Of a stretch of DNA of 64,000 nucleotides, positions 28,482-39,556 are shown piece by piece; positions within the stretch are counted from its first letter, which is position 1; every line of letters starts with the position of its first letter. This DNA is from an uncultured Pseudomonadota bacterium (GTDB lineage: Bacteria; Pseudomonadota; Alphaproteobacteria; RF32; CAG-239), in NCBI GenBank assembly GCA_949295025.1, contig CASFJK010000002.1:21372-85371 (forward strand), written 5' to 3'. Under the pieces are notes generated by a model, which worked only from the letters and a program-made list of their open reading frames with translations, did no database searches and had not been told where the DNA came from. A program made the translations under genes and the position numbers.

Positions 28482-31118
28482 TTAAATCGCTTTTTTAATG
28501 GCATCAATTGCTGCAGCGGTTTTGCTACCATCCGGACCACCTGCTTGAGCCATATCCGGACGTCCGCCACCACCTTGACCGCCAACTTGTGCAGATCCTA
28601 AGCGAACCAAATCAACAGCTGAATATTTTCCGACCAAATCATTGGTTACACCAACAACGATAGAGGCCTTACCCTCGTTGTTAGCTGCCAAAACAATTAC
28701 ACCGGAACCAATATTGCCTTTGATTTCATCAACAAAAGCTTTCAATTCTTTAGCTTGAACATCTTGCAAGTCTTTACCAACGAATTTAATGCCATTGATT
28801 TCTTCAAACTCGTTATTGTTGCCACTGGCTTTATTGCTTACAAGAGCTTTCTTCAAGTTGAAGATTTCGGCTTCTTGTTTTTTCTTTTCTTCTTGAAGTT
28901 GAGTAATCTTACCTTCAATGTTTGCCATATCAGATTTGAGCATAGCGGCAATATGGTGCAAGCGTTGCTCATTTTCCAAAGCATATTGTTCGGCACCGCG
29001 ACCGGTCAAGCATTCAACACGGCGCAAACCTGCACCGATTGCTGATTCGGCAATGATTTTGAAGAAGCCGATATCACCAGTGGATTTAACGTGTGTACCA
29101 CCGCAAAGCTCTGTTGAAAGAAAATGCTCGTTATCATTATCACAAACAGAAACAACACGAACTTCATCACCGTATTTTTCACCGAACAAAGCCATAGCGC
29201 CTTCTTTGATAGCATCTTCTTGACGCATGATGCGGGTGATGACAGGGTGGTTTTCTCTGATGATGTCATTTACTCTTTCTTCAGCCAAACGAAGCTCAGC
29301 ATCAGAAATTTGTTTATGGTGAGAAATATCAAAACGCATTCTGTCGGCAGCGACATAAGAACCTTTTTGAGTAACGTGTGTACCCAAAATGTCACGCAAT
29401 ACTTTGTGTAAGATATGGGTCACAGTGTGGTTTGCAGCAATGGCAGCACGATTTTTTGTATCAACTTCAAAAGTCAAATCATCACCGACTTTAACCGTAC
29501 CTTTAATCATTTTGCAAACGTGAACAGTGAGCTCGTGAAGTTTTTTCTTAGTATCCAAAACTTCAATTTCGCAATTTGGGCCATAGATTTTACCAATATC
29601 ACCAACTTGACCTCCCATTTCGCCATAGAACGGAGTTTGGTTGGCAACGAGGTAAAATTCGCCATTATTTACGGTTTCAACTTCTTTACCATCAACAACC
29701 AAGTTGTTTACCAAGCATTCTGATTTTAAGGTGTTGTAACCCAAAAATTCGGTACCGCCGTTTTTATCAAAAATTTCGAACCAAACTTTTTCTGTTCCGG
29801 CATCACCAGAACCGGCCCAGTTCTTACGAGCTTCGGCTTTTTGTTTAGCCATGGCTTCATCAAAACCTTTGACATCAACTTTCATGTCTTTGTTTCTCAA
29901 AGCATCTTGAGTTAAGTCAAGCGGGAAGCCATAGGTATCATAAAGTTTGAATGCGGTTGTACCAGATAATTCATCACCGGCTTTCAAATCTTTGGTCTCA
30001 TCTTCCAATAAACGCATACCTTTATCTAAGGTTTTTAAGAAGCGCAATTCTTCAGCCTTGATGGTCTCGGTAATGAGTTCTTGAGCGCGATACAATTCAG
30101 GATAAGCTTCGCCCATTTCTTTTTGCAAAGCAGGCAAGAGTTTATACATCATCGGTTCTTTCATGCCGAGCAAATATTGGTGACGCATTGCTCTTCTCAT
30201 AATACGGCGCAAAACATAACCACGACCTTCGTTTGAAGGCATAACACCATCAGCAATCAAGAAGCAGGTTGAACGCAAGTGGTCAGCAATGACGTTGTGA
30301 GATGCTTTCAAAGGACCGTTCGGATCAGAGTTTGCCATATCAGCAATGGCTTTGATTAAGTTTTGGAATAAGTCAATCTCATAGTTGGAGTGAACGCCTT
30401 GTAAAATGGCTGAGATACGTTCCAAACCCATACCGGTATCAATTGACGGGTGTTTCAACGGAATACGAGAGCCATCCGGCAAGTCTTCAAATTGGTCAAA
30501 TACCAAGTTCCAGATTTCAATCCATCTATCACCGTCTTCTTCAGGTGTTCCCGGCAGGCCGCCCCAAACTTCCGGACCGTGGTCATAGAAGATTTCAGAG
30601 CAGGGGCCGCAAGGACCGGTGTCACCCATTTGCCAAAAGTTATCTTTGGTGGCAATACGGATGATTCTGTCTTCAGGCAAACCTGAAACTTTTTTCCAAA
30701 TATCGTGAGCTTCATCATCGGTATGGTAAACGGTAACAGCCAATCTGTCTTTAGGTAAGCAGAATTCTTTGGTTACCAATTCCCAAGCCCAAGCAATAGC
30801 TTCATCTTTAAAATAATCTCCGAAAGAGAAGTTGCCGAGCATTTCAAAAAATGTGTGGTGACGAACGGTGTATCCGACGTTGTCCAAGTCATTGTGTTTA
30901 CCGCCGGCACGAACTGATTTTTGGGAAGTGGTCGCTCGCTTGTAATCTCTGACTTCATTACCGGTAAAGATGTTCTTGAACTGAACCATACCGGAGTTGG
31001 TGAACATTAAGGTTGGGTCATTATCCGGCACCAAAGATGATGACGGAATAATCTTGTGACCATTCTTAGCAAAGAAATTTAAATATGTACTTCTAATATC
31101 TTTTAATGTTGTTGTCAT
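28482..31118 (-). CDS. alaS: Alanine--tRNA ligase
   Basis: 878 aa with class II AlaRS motifs, the editing domain HxxxH/CxxxH, and a C-terminal DHHA1-like GGGG region. Confidence 0.95.
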   Translation of the reverse strand: MTTTLKDIRSTYLNFFAKNGHKIIPSSSLVPDNDPTLMFTNSGMVQFKNIFTGNEVRDYKRATTSQKSVRAGGKHNDLDNVGYTVRHHTFFEMLGNFSFGDYFKDEAIAWAWELVTKEFCLPKDRLAVTVYHTDDEAHDIWKKVSGLPEDRIIRIATKDNFWQMGDTGPCGPCSEIFYDHGPEVWGGLPGTPEEDGDRWIEIWNLVFDQFEDLPDGSRIPLKHPSIDTGMGLERISAILQGVHSNYEIDLFQNLIKAIADMANSDPNGPLKASHNVIADHLRSTCFLIADGVMPSNEGRGYVLRRIMRRAMRHQYLLGMKEPMMYKLLPALQKEMGEAYPELYRAQELITETIKAEELRFLKTLDKGMRLLEDETKDLKAGDELSGTTAFKLYDTYGFPLDLTQDALRNKDMKVDVKGFDEAMAKQKAEARKNWAGSGDAGTEKVWFEIFDKNGGTEFLGYNTLKSECLVNNLVVDGKEVETVNNGEFYLVANQTPFYGEMGGQVGDIGKIYGPNCEIEVLDTKKKLHELTVHVCKMIKGTVKVGDDLTFEVDTKNRAAIAANHTVTHILHKVLRDILGTHVTQKGSYVAADRMRFDISHHKQISDAELRLAEERVNDIIRENHPVITRIMRQEDAIKEGAMALFGEKYGDEVRVVSVCDNDNEHFLSTELCGGTHVKSTGDIGFFKIIAESAIGAGLRRVECLTGRGAEQYALENEQRLHHIAAMLKSDMANIEGKITQLQEEKKKQEAEIFNLKKALVSNKASGNNNEFEEINGIKFVGKDLQDVQAKELKAFVDEIKGNIGSGVIVLAANNEGKASIVVGVTNDLVGKYSAVDLVRLGSAQVGGQGGGGRPDMAQAGGPDGSKTAAAIDAIKKAI

Positions 31119-31212
31119 TTTTACTTCCCAAAAGTCAAAAATTTCAAAAATTTACTAACCTGCTATTTTTATAGCAAAGTTCTTTCAGAGTCTAGTAAAA
31201 TTTTATATTTTC

Positions 31213-31704
31213 TTATGAAATTTGGATAGCAAGACCATTATTTACAATGTAGCTCAAATTTAAAATTGTTGCATAGCAGATCCAAAGTAAATAAGGATAA
31301 AGCAAATATGCGGAATATTTGTCTGATTTTGCAAAGCTTTTTATGGTTTGGAAGACCATAAAGTCCATTACGATAATAACAGCAAAGCCCATGCCGAGCC
31401 AACCTAAATAAAAGAAGGTGAAGCACCATGGAATGTGTAGAGCCAACTGTGTCCAAAACAAAGTTTTAGATTTTTTTGTTTCTTCATTCTTCGGACACAA
31501 AGAAATGCGCCATGCGGAAACAGCCATAAGCAGGTACAAAATTGTCCATACGTAACGAAACCAAATGTTTGGCGGAGTGATGCTGCTTGGAATGGCCGTT
31601 TGATACCAACCATTAACGCCGAATCTGGTGAAATATCCGGCAATGGCGGCAATTAGACTAACTCCTATAATATGAAAAAACAAACTTTTGTATTTATTCA
31701 TCAT
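31213..31704 (-). CDS. tspO: TspO/MBR family tryptophan-rich sensory protein
   Basis: WY...PPNIWF..VWTILYLLMAVSAW and LLYPYLLWICYATILN match TspO. Confidence 0.75.
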   Translation of the reverse strand: MMNKYKSLFFHIIGVSLIAAIAGYFTRFGVNGWYQTAIPSSITPPNIWFRYVWTILYLLMAVSAWRISLCPKNEETKKSKTLFWTQLALHIPWCFTFFYLGWLGMGFAVIIVMDFMVFQTIKSFAKSDKYSAYLLYPYLLWICYATILNLSYIVNNGLAIQIS

Positions 31705-31825
31705 TTTTCTCCTTTTTGTATTGTTGTATTTTCAGTTAATCATAAGATACATTTTTTTCAAGGTTATTTAGGTTTTATTGACTAATTTATGCTTCAATAA
31801 AAAAAATTGACTTACGGAGGCTGTT

Positions 31826-32524
31826 TTGGAATTTAAGGAAGAATTTTTGAAAGCAAAAGTCGTAGACCGTTATCAGCGTTTGATTATGGATATTAAACTT
31901 GATGATGGTGTTATTACTCATGCGTTTTGTTCTGATGATAATGTTTTTCCAAATCTTTATACAAAAGGTGCTGATTTATGGGTAAGCCGAGTGAATGACC
32001 ATACGCGTCGTTTGCGATATGAGGTGCAAGCCGTGAATAAGGGAGATGGTTGGGTGATGGTTAATCAACGCTATTTTCCTAAGCTTTTTGCCGAAGCTTT
32101 ACGAAATCGAATTATGCCTGATTTTGTGCAATATACCAAAGTAAGAAGGGTGACTTTGGCGGACAATTTACCGCATTTGGATTTTGAACTTAGTAATTTA
32201 GAAGAGAAATGTTTTGTCAGTTTGCGACCAATTTATAATAAACAAGATGGAAAAGCGGTCTTTCCAACTAAGGTGAATTTGCTTGATGTTGAAATGTTTG
32301 AAGAAATGAAAAAGGTTCGTGCATTGGGAGCTCGAACAGTTGTAGTTTTGATTGTGCCTCGGTTTGATTGTGTGGAAACACTTTTCTCGTGGACTATTGA
32401 TCCGGTTTCGGCAGGACGAATTTATGATGAAGCCAAAAATGGTTTAGAGTTTGTTTCTTATGGTTGCAATTTAGATAAAAAAGGTATTAATATAACCAAT
32501 AAATTAGATATATGTATGAAATAA
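31826..32524 (+). CDS. sfsA: SfsA-like (sugar fermentation stimulation protein family) nuclease-fold protein
   Basis: RYQRLIMDI...DG..THAFC, LDFEL and GARTVVVLIV...IDP...GLEFVSYGC are collinear with SfsA. Divergent at several positions. Confidence 0.55.
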   Translation: MEFKEEFLKAKVVDRYQRLIMDIKLDDGVITHAFCSDDNVFPNLYTKGADLWVSRVNDHTRRLRYEVQAVNKGDGWVMVNQRYFPKLFAEALRNRIMPDFVQYTKVRRVTLADNLPHLDFELSNLEEKCFVSLRPIYNKQDGKAVFPTKVNLLDVEMFEEMKKVRALGARTVVVLIVPRFDCVETLFSWTIDPVSAGRIYDEAKNGLEFVSYGCNLDKKGINITNKLDICMK

Positions 32525-32550
32525 ATTTTTTTTGAGAGTTGAGGTTTATT

Positions 32551-33354
32551 GTGGCTACAAAAAGAAGAGATGGTATTACCATTTATGAAAAAGAAGATTT
32601 TGAAGGTATGCGTAAAGCCGGTAAATTGGCTGCTGAATGTTTGGATTATATTACAGATTATGTTCAAGTCGGTGTTTCTACCGGTGAGTTAGATGACTTG
32701 TGTCGTGAGTTCTTTACCAGTCGTGGAGCTATTCCGGCTTGTTTGGGTTATAGAGGGTATCCAAAGTCAACTTGTATTTCTATCAATCATGTGATTTGCC
32801 ACGGTATTCCGGATTATGAACGCAAACTTGAAAACGGTGATATCTTAAATATTGATGTTACCTGTATTCTTAATGGTTGGTATGGTGATACAAGCCGCAT
32901 GTATTATGCCGGTGAACCAAAAATCAAAGCCAAACGTCTATGTGATGTTACATATGAATGTATGATGCGCGGTATTGATGTGGTTAAACCAGGGGCTCAT
33001 TTCGGGGATATTGGTGCCGTTATTGAGGAATATGCTCATAAATATGGCTATGGTGTGGTTGATATGTTTTGTGGACATGGTTTGGGCAAAGTTTTTCATG
33101 ATGAACCTAATGTTTTGCACGTTGGCCGCAAAGGTACAGGTCCGGTGATGGAAGAGGGGATGTTCTTTACTATTGAGCCGATGATTAACATTGGTAAACC
33201 AGATGCTATTATCTTGAAAGATGGATGGACTTCAGTAACCAGAGATAAAACCTTGTCCGCTCAGTTTGAACATTCTCTCGGTGTGACTAAAGATGGAGCA
33301 GAAGTATTTACTTTTTCTCCCAAAGGTTTGGACAGACCTCCATATAAAAAATAA
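32551..33354 (+). CDS. map: Type I methionine aminopeptidase
   Basis: MetAP motifs (HGIP, DIDVT, GDTSRMYY, FCGHGLG, FTIEP). Probable GTG start at 32551 with gaggt 5 nt upstream; the track uses the TTG at 32539. Confidence 0.9.
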   Translation: MATKRRDGITIYEKEDFEGMRKAGKLAAECLDYITDYVQVGVSTGELDDLCREFFTSRGAIPACLGYRGYPKSTCISINHVICHGIPDYERKLENGDILNIDVTCILNGWYGDTSRMYYAGEPKIKAKRLCDVTYECMMRGIDVVKPGAHFGDIGAVIEEYAHKYGYGVVDMFCGHGLGKVFHDEPNVLHVGRKGTGPVMEEGMFFTIEPMINIGKPDAIILKDGWTSVTRDKTLSAQFEHSLGVTKDGAEVFTFSPKGLDRPPYKK

Positions 33355-33379
33355 TTAACCTTATATACTGCAGAAAAAT

Positions 33380-34078
33380 ATGAACGAAACATCAAAAGCG
33401 AATCTTTCAAATGAAGGACATCGTCAGAGAATTAGGGAAAAGTTTTTAAATAATGGTGGTTCTGCCTTGGCAGACTATGAGTTATTGGAAGCTTATTTGA
33501 CAATAGCAATTCCCAGACGCGATGTCAAACCATTGGCAAAACAGCTTATTGCTAAATTTGGTAGTTTTGCTGAAGTGATTAACGCTAAAAATGAAGAGTT
33601 GCTTTCCCTAACCGGTGTGGGTGAAAATACTGTTTTTGCATTAAAAATAGTCAGTGAAGCTGCTCGCCGCATGTCTTGGGAGATGCTCAAAGATAAAGAT
33701 GCTCCTGTTATTGCCGATATGGATGCTTTGATTGATTATTGTCGTATGAGTATGGCTTATCAGGATGTGGAAGAGTTTCGTCTGATTTATTTGAATGGTA
33801 AAAATCGGGTTATTGCAGAAGTGACACAACAGAAAGGAACAATTAATCATGTGGCAATTCATCCCCGTGAGGTGGTTAAATCTGCGCTGGATCATCATGC
33901 TTCAGCAATAATTATGGTGCATAACCATCCTACAGGAGATACCACACCATCTAGAGCGGATATTGATATGACCAAGAAGGTATATGAAGCATTATCAGCC
34001 GTAAATATTCAACTTCATGATCATGTCATTGTCAGTAAATATGGTTGTTATAGTTTTAGAAGTGCCGGTTTAATATAA
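33380..34078 (+). CDS. radC: RadC-family JAB/MPN-domain protein
   Basis: HhH N-domain plus JAMM motif HNHPTGDTTPSRADIDMTKK. Confidence 0.85.
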   Translation: MNETSKANLSNEGHRQRIREKFLNNGGSALADYELLEAYLTIAIPRRDVKPLAKQLIAKFGSFAEVINAKNEELLSLTGVGENTVFALKIVSEAARRMSWEMLKDKDAPVIADMDALIDYCRMSMAYQDVEEFRLIYLNGKNRVIAEVTQQKGTINHVAIHPREVVKSALDHHASAIIMVHNHPTGDTTPSRADIDMTKKVYEALSAVNIQLHDHVIVSKYGCYSFRSAGLI

Positions 34079-34145
34079 TTTTTTATTTTATGTAAAAAAA
34101 ACTCTTGCAAAATAAATTTTTTTGAGTAGATTATGTTTTGTTGCA

Positions 34146-34222
34146 CGGGGCATAGCTCAGCCTGGTAGAGCGCTTGCTTTGGGAGCAAGATGTCGTAGGT
34201 TCGAATCCTGCTGCCCCGACCA
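34146..34222 (+). tRNA. tRNA-Pro (anticodon UGG)
   Basis: CGGGGCATAGCTCAGCCTGGTAGAGCGCTTGCTTTGGGAGCAAG...GGTTCGAATCCTGCTGCCCCGACCA with a C1:G72 pair and A73. Confidence 0.85.
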
Positions 34223-34260
34223 ACTTTTTGATAGCGGACGTTCGTTCGCTTTATGTTTAT

Positions 34261-34337
34261 GGTCTCGTAGCTCAGCTGGATAGAGCAACAGCCTTCTAAG
34301 CTGTGGGTCAGAGGTTCGAATCCTCTCGAGATCGCCA
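34261..34337 (+). tRNA. tRNA-Arg (anticodon UCU)
   Basis: GGTCTCGTAGCTCAGCTGGATAGAGCAACAGCCTTCTAAGCTGT...GGTTCGAATCCTCTCGAGATCGCCA. Confidence 0.85.
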
Positions 34338-34340
34338 TTT

Positions 34341-34378
34341 CAAAAGCCTTGGAGTTCTCTCCGAGGCTTTTTTTTATT
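34341..34378 (+). terminator. Rho-independent terminator after the tRNA-Pro/tRNA-Arg pair
   Basis: Hairpin aagccttggagttctctccgaggctt followed by TTTTTTT. Confidence 0.75.
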
Positions 34379-34430
34379 CAATTTTAACACATCTTGTATA
34401 TTATTTTTCTATCAATATGTAGGAGGCTTG

Positions 34431-34916
34431 ATGCAATTTAAGACAATATTTAACGAAGAATTCAATGTTTCTTGTGCCGGCTGTATTGTTATGGATAATT
34501 TAAAATTTAAAGACGGAAGAATTTTTCAATCCAAATTCTAGGATTTAAGTCAAGATTTTGAAATCGCTTATCTCGGAATGATGGTTATTTCTCCATTGCG
34601 CCATGTTTCCAATTATATTGATTTGACAGAAGAAGAAATAAGAGAATTACATCTTCTGTCAACATATTGTAAAAAGGCACTTTCAGAAATTTTTGATTGT
34701 TCAAAATTTGCCAATATGTTTTATGAAAAGCCTAACGGGCATATTCATTTTGTTATCATTCCTCTGCATGGATTAATCAAAATTGAAAATAAATATGCCG
34801 TTTTGGCTGAATTAATGACTAAAATTCCGGAATTACGTCAAGATGAAGATAATATGAAAGTGGTTGTTGAAACGATTGCTAAGATTAGAAAATATTTTAG
34901 TGCACTATCTTTTTAA
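34431..34916 (+). pseudogene. HIT-family hydrolase-like gene interrupted by an in-frame TAG
   Basis: ORF 34431-34541 (MQFKTIFNEEFNVSCAGCIVMD..., RBS aggagg) stops at TAG 34539-34541 and is in the same frame as ORF 34578-34916. The joined product has HIT-like order (CxxC ... VISPLRHV...DLTEEE...GHIHFVIIP). Confidence 0.45.
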
Positions 34917-34983
34917 TTTTCTTTTGACAATTCTTGACTTTAACGTCTCTTTTCCCTAAATTCCTTATATGTTTTAAGGAGTT

Positions 34984-35346
34984 TTGATTATGGCAGATGC
35001 AACCCAACCGATGGAAGATTTTTCTCCAGTTTTGATTCAAAATTACATTCGTTTTGAAACTGCTTATAATTTGGTTTCAAATGAAGATGCTGGTAATACT
35101 GATTTTGAAAAAGCCGTAAAGTTCAAAATTGCTAAAAATTATTATGAACAGATGTTGGCTTTTGAAGTGCACGCTCCGCTTATAGGGTTGGATTTGTCTT
35201 ATGATGAGACTTCAGAGGTCTTAACGGCTACACCAACAGAATATTTTACCACTGAATATCAAAATAAAATAATGCGAGATGTTGCTGGAAAACAACATAA
35301 CGATTGCTTGACTCGTTATTCTAAATTTATTCAAAAGATTGATTAG
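34984..35346 (+). CDS. Hypothetical small protein
   Basis: 120-aa ORF followed by a bidirectional terminator. Confidence 0.4.
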   Translation: MIMADATQPMEDFSPVLIQNYIRFETAYNLVSNEDAGNTDFEKAVKFKIAKNYYEQMLAFEVHAPLIGLDLSYDETSEVLTATPTEYFTTEYQNKIMRDVAGKQHNDCLTRYSKFIQKID

Positions 35347-35347
35347 T

Positions 35348-35386
35348 ACATAAAAAAAAGCTCCATTAAGGAGCTTTTTTTAATCT
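35348..35386. terminator. Bidirectional terminator
   Basis: Hairpin aagctccattaaggagctt flanked by an A-run and a T-run. Confidence 0.65.
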
Positions 35387-35399
35387 TTAGATAGCTTAT

Positions 35400-36131
35400 T
35401 TATTTTATCTCTTCAGGAGGCAAAACATCTAAGCTTTCATCTGTAGAAGTTGTTGTTGTGGTGGTTGTAACGGTTTCTACATTTTGAGTGGTAGGTTGAT
35501 TGTTTGTTACAACTTTTTTGGTTGTTGTGGTAGTTGTTTCAACGACTTCTTCTTTGGTTTCTTGTTTGTATGGTTCTTTTTCAAAAGTTACCGTAGTTGT
35601 TGTTTTGGGTTCATAGACTGTTTTGTATGTGGTCTTTTTGTAAACAATTTCTACAGGCTCTCTTACTTCTTTGACTTCCGGTGCACAATGAGAACCATCG
35701 TTTAATTCATATTCTTTAGTGGTGGATTTAATGTCACCGCAAGAAGCAAAAGTTTTGGTTTTTGTTTCTTTAACAACGTTTGCCGGTTCAACCTTTTTCT
35801 CAACAATTACAGGTTTGGGAGCTTCTTTTTGTTTGATGATAACCTCTGTTGGTTTTGCTACTTCTTTGACATAGATAATCGGTTGTTCTTGACGATAGAC
35901 AATCGGGCGAGGTTGGATTCTTTGTGGTTGAACATTGTAATAGTTTACACGAATCGGACGATTTTCTTGGCAGTTTTCGCCGGTTGCGTAATTGCAGCCT
36001 TGGTTGTCATAGCCTTTATAAGCATTTTGTGGAACGGGGGTTTCTTCAAATTCATCATCACCGCACATACCGTCAAAGCAAGCACATCCGGTCATAAGAA
36101 ACATCAATGACATTGCTAAAGTTTTTTTCAT
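35400..36131 (-). CDS. Lipoprotein with a Thr-rich low-complexity C-terminal region
   Basis: Lipobox LMTGC, an internal KTTYKTVYEPKTTTT-type repeat, and a poly-Thr tail. Confidence 0.5.
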   Translation of the reverse strand: MKKTLAMSLMFLMTGCACFDGMCGDDEFEETPVPQNAYKGYDNQGCNYATGENCQENRPIRVNYYNVQPQRIQPRPIVYRQEQPIIYVKEVAKPTEVIIKQKEAPKPVIVEKKVEPANVVKETKTKTFASCGDIKSTTKEYELNDGSHCAPEVKEVREPVEIVYKKTTYKTVYEPKTTTTVTFEKEPYKQETKEEVVETTTTTTKKVVTNNQPTTQNVETVTTTTTTTSTDESLDVLPPEEIK

Positions 36132-36348
36132 TTTTCCTCACAGATATCAAAAAATTGGTCTAATTTTCTCTATATTTATTATGTTTCTTTAAATTTGTCA
36201 AATTTTTGTTTATTATTCTTTGTTTTTTTTAATTTAAAACAACATAATTTCAATAGATTAAATCATTTTTGTTATTACTTTAATTGATACTATAATTACT
36301 TAAGGTGAATATAAGATTAATTTTTTTGGATTCTTTTTAGAAAAATAT

Positions 36349-36381
36349 AAAAAAAAGCACCTTGGACAGGTGCTTTTATAG
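36349..36381 (-). terminator. recA terminator
   Basis: On the minus strand, hairpin aaagcacctgtccaaggtgcttt followed by TTTTTTTT. Confidence 0.6.
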
Positions 36382-36393
36382 TTTTTTATCAAA

Positions 36394-37431
36394 TTATTCG
36401 GCAATATCTTCTTCTAGAGGTTCATCATCACCAATCATTTCAGTTGTGATGTGACCGGCATCGGCGCGAATCTTATTTTCAATTTCTTGAGCAACATCTG
36501 GATGTTCTTTCAAGAACAATTTAGCATTTTCGCGACCTTGACCAAGTTTCTCCCCTTTGTAAGAGAACCAAGCACCGGCTTTTTCAACAATACCTGATTT
36601 GATACCTAAATCAATCAATTCACCGGTTTTGGAAATACCTTCACCATACATAATATCAAAGTCAACAACCTTAAACGGAGGAGCAACTTTGTTTTTTACG
36701 ATTTTGACTCTGGTTTGTGTACCGATAATATCTTCTTTATCTTTGATTTTGCCAATGCTTCTGATATCAATACGGACAGAAGCATAGAACTTCAAAGCAT
36801 TACCACCGGTTGTTGTTTCCGGACTACCGAACATAACACCCAGTTTCATACGAATCTGGTTGATGAAGATAACAAGAGTGTTGGAACGAGAAACGGTGGC
36901 AGTTAATTTTCTTAAAGCTTGGCTCATCAAACGTGCTTGCAAGCCCATGTGCTGGTCGCCCATTTCTCCTTCCAATTCTGCCTTAGGAACCAAAGCGGCA
37001 ACAGAGTCGACAACCAAAACATCAATAGCGCCGGAGCGAACCAATGTATCTGTAATTTCAAGAGCTTGTTCACCGGCATCAGGTTGAGAGATAAGCAAGT
37101 TTTCAATATCTACACCGATTTTTTTAGCATAAGAGGGGTCAAGAGCATGTTCGGCATCAATAAAAGCACAAGTTCCGCCTTTCTTTTGAGCTTGAGCAAT
37201 AACGCTCAGAGCCAAAGTGGTTTTACCGGAACTTTCCGGACCATAAATTTCTACAATACGACCTTTGGGCATGCCGCCGATACCCAAGGCAATGTCTATG
37301 CCGATAGAGCCGGTAGAAATGGCTTCAATATCAACGCTGGCATCATTTTGACCCAAGCGCATGATGGAGCCTTTTCCAAAAGCCTTTTCAATTTGGCTGA
37401 CTGCGGCATCCAGTGCTTTTTGTTTATCCAT
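36394..37431 (-). CDS. recA: Recombinase A
   Basis: 345 aa with Walker [10 protein letters not shown] and the canonical RecA N-terminus. Confidence 0.95.
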   Translation of the reverse strand: MDKQKALDAAVSQIEKAFGKGSIMRLGQNDASVDIEAISTGSIGIDIALGIGGMPKGRIVEIYGPESSGKTTLALSVIAQAQKKGGTCAFIDAEHALDPSYAKKIGVDIENLLISQPDAGEQALEITDTLVRSGAIDVLVVDSVAALVPKAELEGEMGDQHMGLQARLMSQALRKLTATVSRSNTLVIFINQIRMKLGVMFGSPETTTGGNALKFYASVRIDIRSIGKIKDKEDIIGTQTRVKIVKNKVAPPFKVVDFDIMYGEGISKTGELIDLGIKSGIVEKAGAWFSYKGEKLGQGRENAKLFLKEHPDVAQEIENKIRADAGHITTEMIGDDEPLEEDIAE

Positions 37432-37537
37432 TTTCTTTTTTACCTCATTAAAATGTTGTATAATGATATCGTTATAAACAGCTTTGCAAAAAATACAATT
37501 TTGCTTTGTTATTTATCCCTATGAAAAATAAAATGTA

Positions 37538-38482
37538 CTACTTTTGTTCTTTTTGCAAGAGTTTTTTTATGTTTTTTACTTTTTTTATTTTAGCTAAGGG
37601 TGTTTTATCGGCTAAGCGTTTGTTTTCTTCAGCTTTTTCTTCTTCAATGGCTTGATATTCTTCCAAAGCAGCAGTTACTACCGCACCAAAAATAACAACA
37701 CTCCATGCCAAATACATCCAGATTAAGAAAACGGGCAGGGCCGCCAGAGCTCCATACAGGGTTTTGTAGGTGGCATTTTCGATAACCAAAATACCAAAAC
37801 TTTTTCTTAAAACCCAGAAAAGCAAAACGGCAATAAAGGCCCCGACTAACGCGTTAGAGATTTTCACCTTTTTGTTGGGTACTAAAACATAAACCATAAT
37901 CAATACTAACATGGTTATCAGAGATGGAATCATCTGGCTGAAATACATTGATTTACCTATTCCTTCAGGCATGAGGCTTTGCAATGTGAATAAATAGCTG
38001 CGGAGAGAAAAGGCTGCTCCAAGCAAAATAGGTCCTAAAGTGATGACTGTCCAATATAAGGTGATTTTGGTTTTGATGTTTCTTGGTTTATATACTTTAA
38101 ATATAAAGTTAAAGCTGTTTTCAATAGTGGAGAGCAACATAATTGATGTTACGGCCAAACCAACAACGCCAATGGTGGTAACTTGAGCTGAAGCATTTAA
38201 AAAGCTGACAAAATATTGGCTGATTTCTTGCCCAATGTCGGGAACAAAATTCTTTAATATAAACTCTTGAAATTGTCCCTTAATGGTTGTGAAGCCGGGA
38301 AAGGCAGAAAAAATTGCCAAACCGATGACAAACAACGGAACAATGGCAATTAAAGAAGTGTAACTCAAAGAAGAAGATACTCTGAAAATGGTGTCATTCT
38401 TGGCTCTGCGGACTAAAAAAATCAAAAAGTTTTTGAGGGTTTCTGCCGCATTCTTAAATTTAGTTTTCCAATACATACGCAA
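37538..38482 (-). CDS. yihY: YihY/BrkB-family membrane protein
   Basis: 314 aa and 6 TM helices, with the YihY N-terminal pattern and a basic C-terminal tail. Confidence 0.65.
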   Translation of the reverse strand: MRMYWKTKFKNAAETLKNFLIFLVRRAKNDTIFRVSSSLSYTSLIAIVPLFVIGLAIFSAFPGFTTIKGQFQEFILKNFVPDIGQEISQYFVSFLNASAQVTTIGVVGLAVTSIMLLSTIENSFNFIFKVYKPRNIKTKITLYWTVITLGPILLGAAFSLRSYLFTLQSLMPEGIGKSMYFSQMIPSLITMLVLIMVYVLVPNKKVKISNALVGAFIAVLLFWVLRKSFGILVIENATYKTLYGALAALPVFLIWMYLAWSVVIFGAVVTAALEEYQAIEEEKAEENKRLADKTPLAKIKKVKNIKKLLQKEQK

Positions 38483-38585
38483 CTCAATAAAAAAAGTTAT
38501 TTACAAAAACTCATAAATTTTATAATAGTGTCTTAGACTATATAACAATATATTTAATTTTTTAAAGATTGCAAAGGAAAATATT

Positions 38586-39413
38586 ATGTCTACACCCGCA
38601 CCTTTAATGGCAGGAAAAAAAGGTCTCATCATGGGCCTTGCTAATGATAAGTCTATTGCTTGGGGTATTGCTCAGGCTTTGAATGCTCATGGCGCTCAAC
38701 TTGCTATTTCTTATCAAAATGAAACTTTGGAAAAAAGAGTTCAACCTCTTGCTGCTCAACTCGACAAAGAACCTTTGTTGATTAAATGCGACGTTTCCGA
38801 CTCCGAAAGCGTAGAAGCTTGCTTCAAAGAGCTCGGTGAAAAATGGGGCAAAATTGACTTTGTTGTTCACGCGATTGCTTTTTCTGATAAAAATGAACTC
38901 AAAGGTCGTACCATTGATACAACTCGTGCTAACTTTGCTAACACAATGCAAATTTCTTGCTATTCATTCTTGGAAGCTTGCCGTTGTGCTTCTCCGATTA
39001 TGAATGAAGGTGGTTCTATTGTTACTTTGACATACCTTGGTGGTGAAAGAATCTTGCCGAACTATAATATCATGGGTGTTGCTAAAGCTGCTTTGGAAGC
39101 TTCTGTTCGTTATGCTGCTAGTGATATGGGTGTTCAAGGTGTTCGCGTTAATGCCATTTCTGCCGGCCCGATTAAAACTTTGGCTGCTTCTGGAATCGGT
39201 GATTTTCGCAAAATTTTGCACTGGAATGAACTCAACGCTCCTTTGCGTCGTAACGTTACTCAAGAAGAAGTTGGTATGGCTGCTTTGGGCTTGCTTTCTC
39301 CTTTGGGAACAGGTATTACCGGTGAAGTTTTACACGTTGACTGTGGTTACCACATTCAAGGTATGATTAATTTGGACAAAGCTGCTGAAACTGCTGCTTC
39401 TTTGGCTGAATAA
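38586..39413 (+). CDS. fabI: Enoyl-[acyl-carrier-protein] reductase (NADH)
   Basis: GKKGLIMGLANDKSIAWGIA, the catalytic Y..K, and the SDR fold. Confidence 0.9.
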   Translation: MSTPAPLMAGKKGLIMGLANDKSIAWGIAQALNAHGAQLAISYQNETLEKRVQPLAAQLDKEPLLIKCDVSDSESVEACFKELGEKWGKIDFVVHAIAFSDKNELKGRTIDTTRANFANTMQISCYSFLEACRCASPIMNEGGSIVTLTYLGGERILPNYNIMGVAKAALEASVRYAASDMGVQGVRVNAISAGPIKTLAASGIGDFRKILHWNELNAPLRRNVTQEEVGMAALGLLSPLGTGITGEVLHVDCGYHIQGMINLDKAAETAASLAE

Positions 39414-39427
39414 TTCAAATATAATCA

Positions 39428-39466
39428 ATAGCAAAAGGGCGGTAGTAATACCGTCCTTTTTTTTGT
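39428..39466 (+). terminator. Rho-independent terminator after fabI
   Basis: Hairpin gggcggtagtaataccgtcc followed by TTTTTTTT. Confidence 0.7.
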
Positions 39467-39556
39467 TTGGCTTGTGTAGAAGTTGTGTGCAAAACTTGAG
39501 AAAGTAACACTATTTGTTTAGTATAAAATCAATTTTTGGTTTTATGAGGTTGAATT

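Noticed and set aside
34048-34338. 96-aa minus-strand ORF
   Set aside because: It is antisense to tRNA-Pro and tRNA-Arg, so it is spurious.
36919-37524. 201-aa plus-strand ORF
   Set aside because: It is antisense to recA with no RBS, so it is spurious. The same applies to the antisense ORFs inside alaS (28755-29848, 30406-30958) and lon (52234-52614, 53197-53999).
37432-37537. Search for an alphaproteobacterial SOS box (GTTC-N7-GTTC / GAAC-N7-GAAC) upstream of recA
   Set aside because: No such motif was seen in the recA upstream region. This is consistent with a lexA-less lineage but remains a negative observation.
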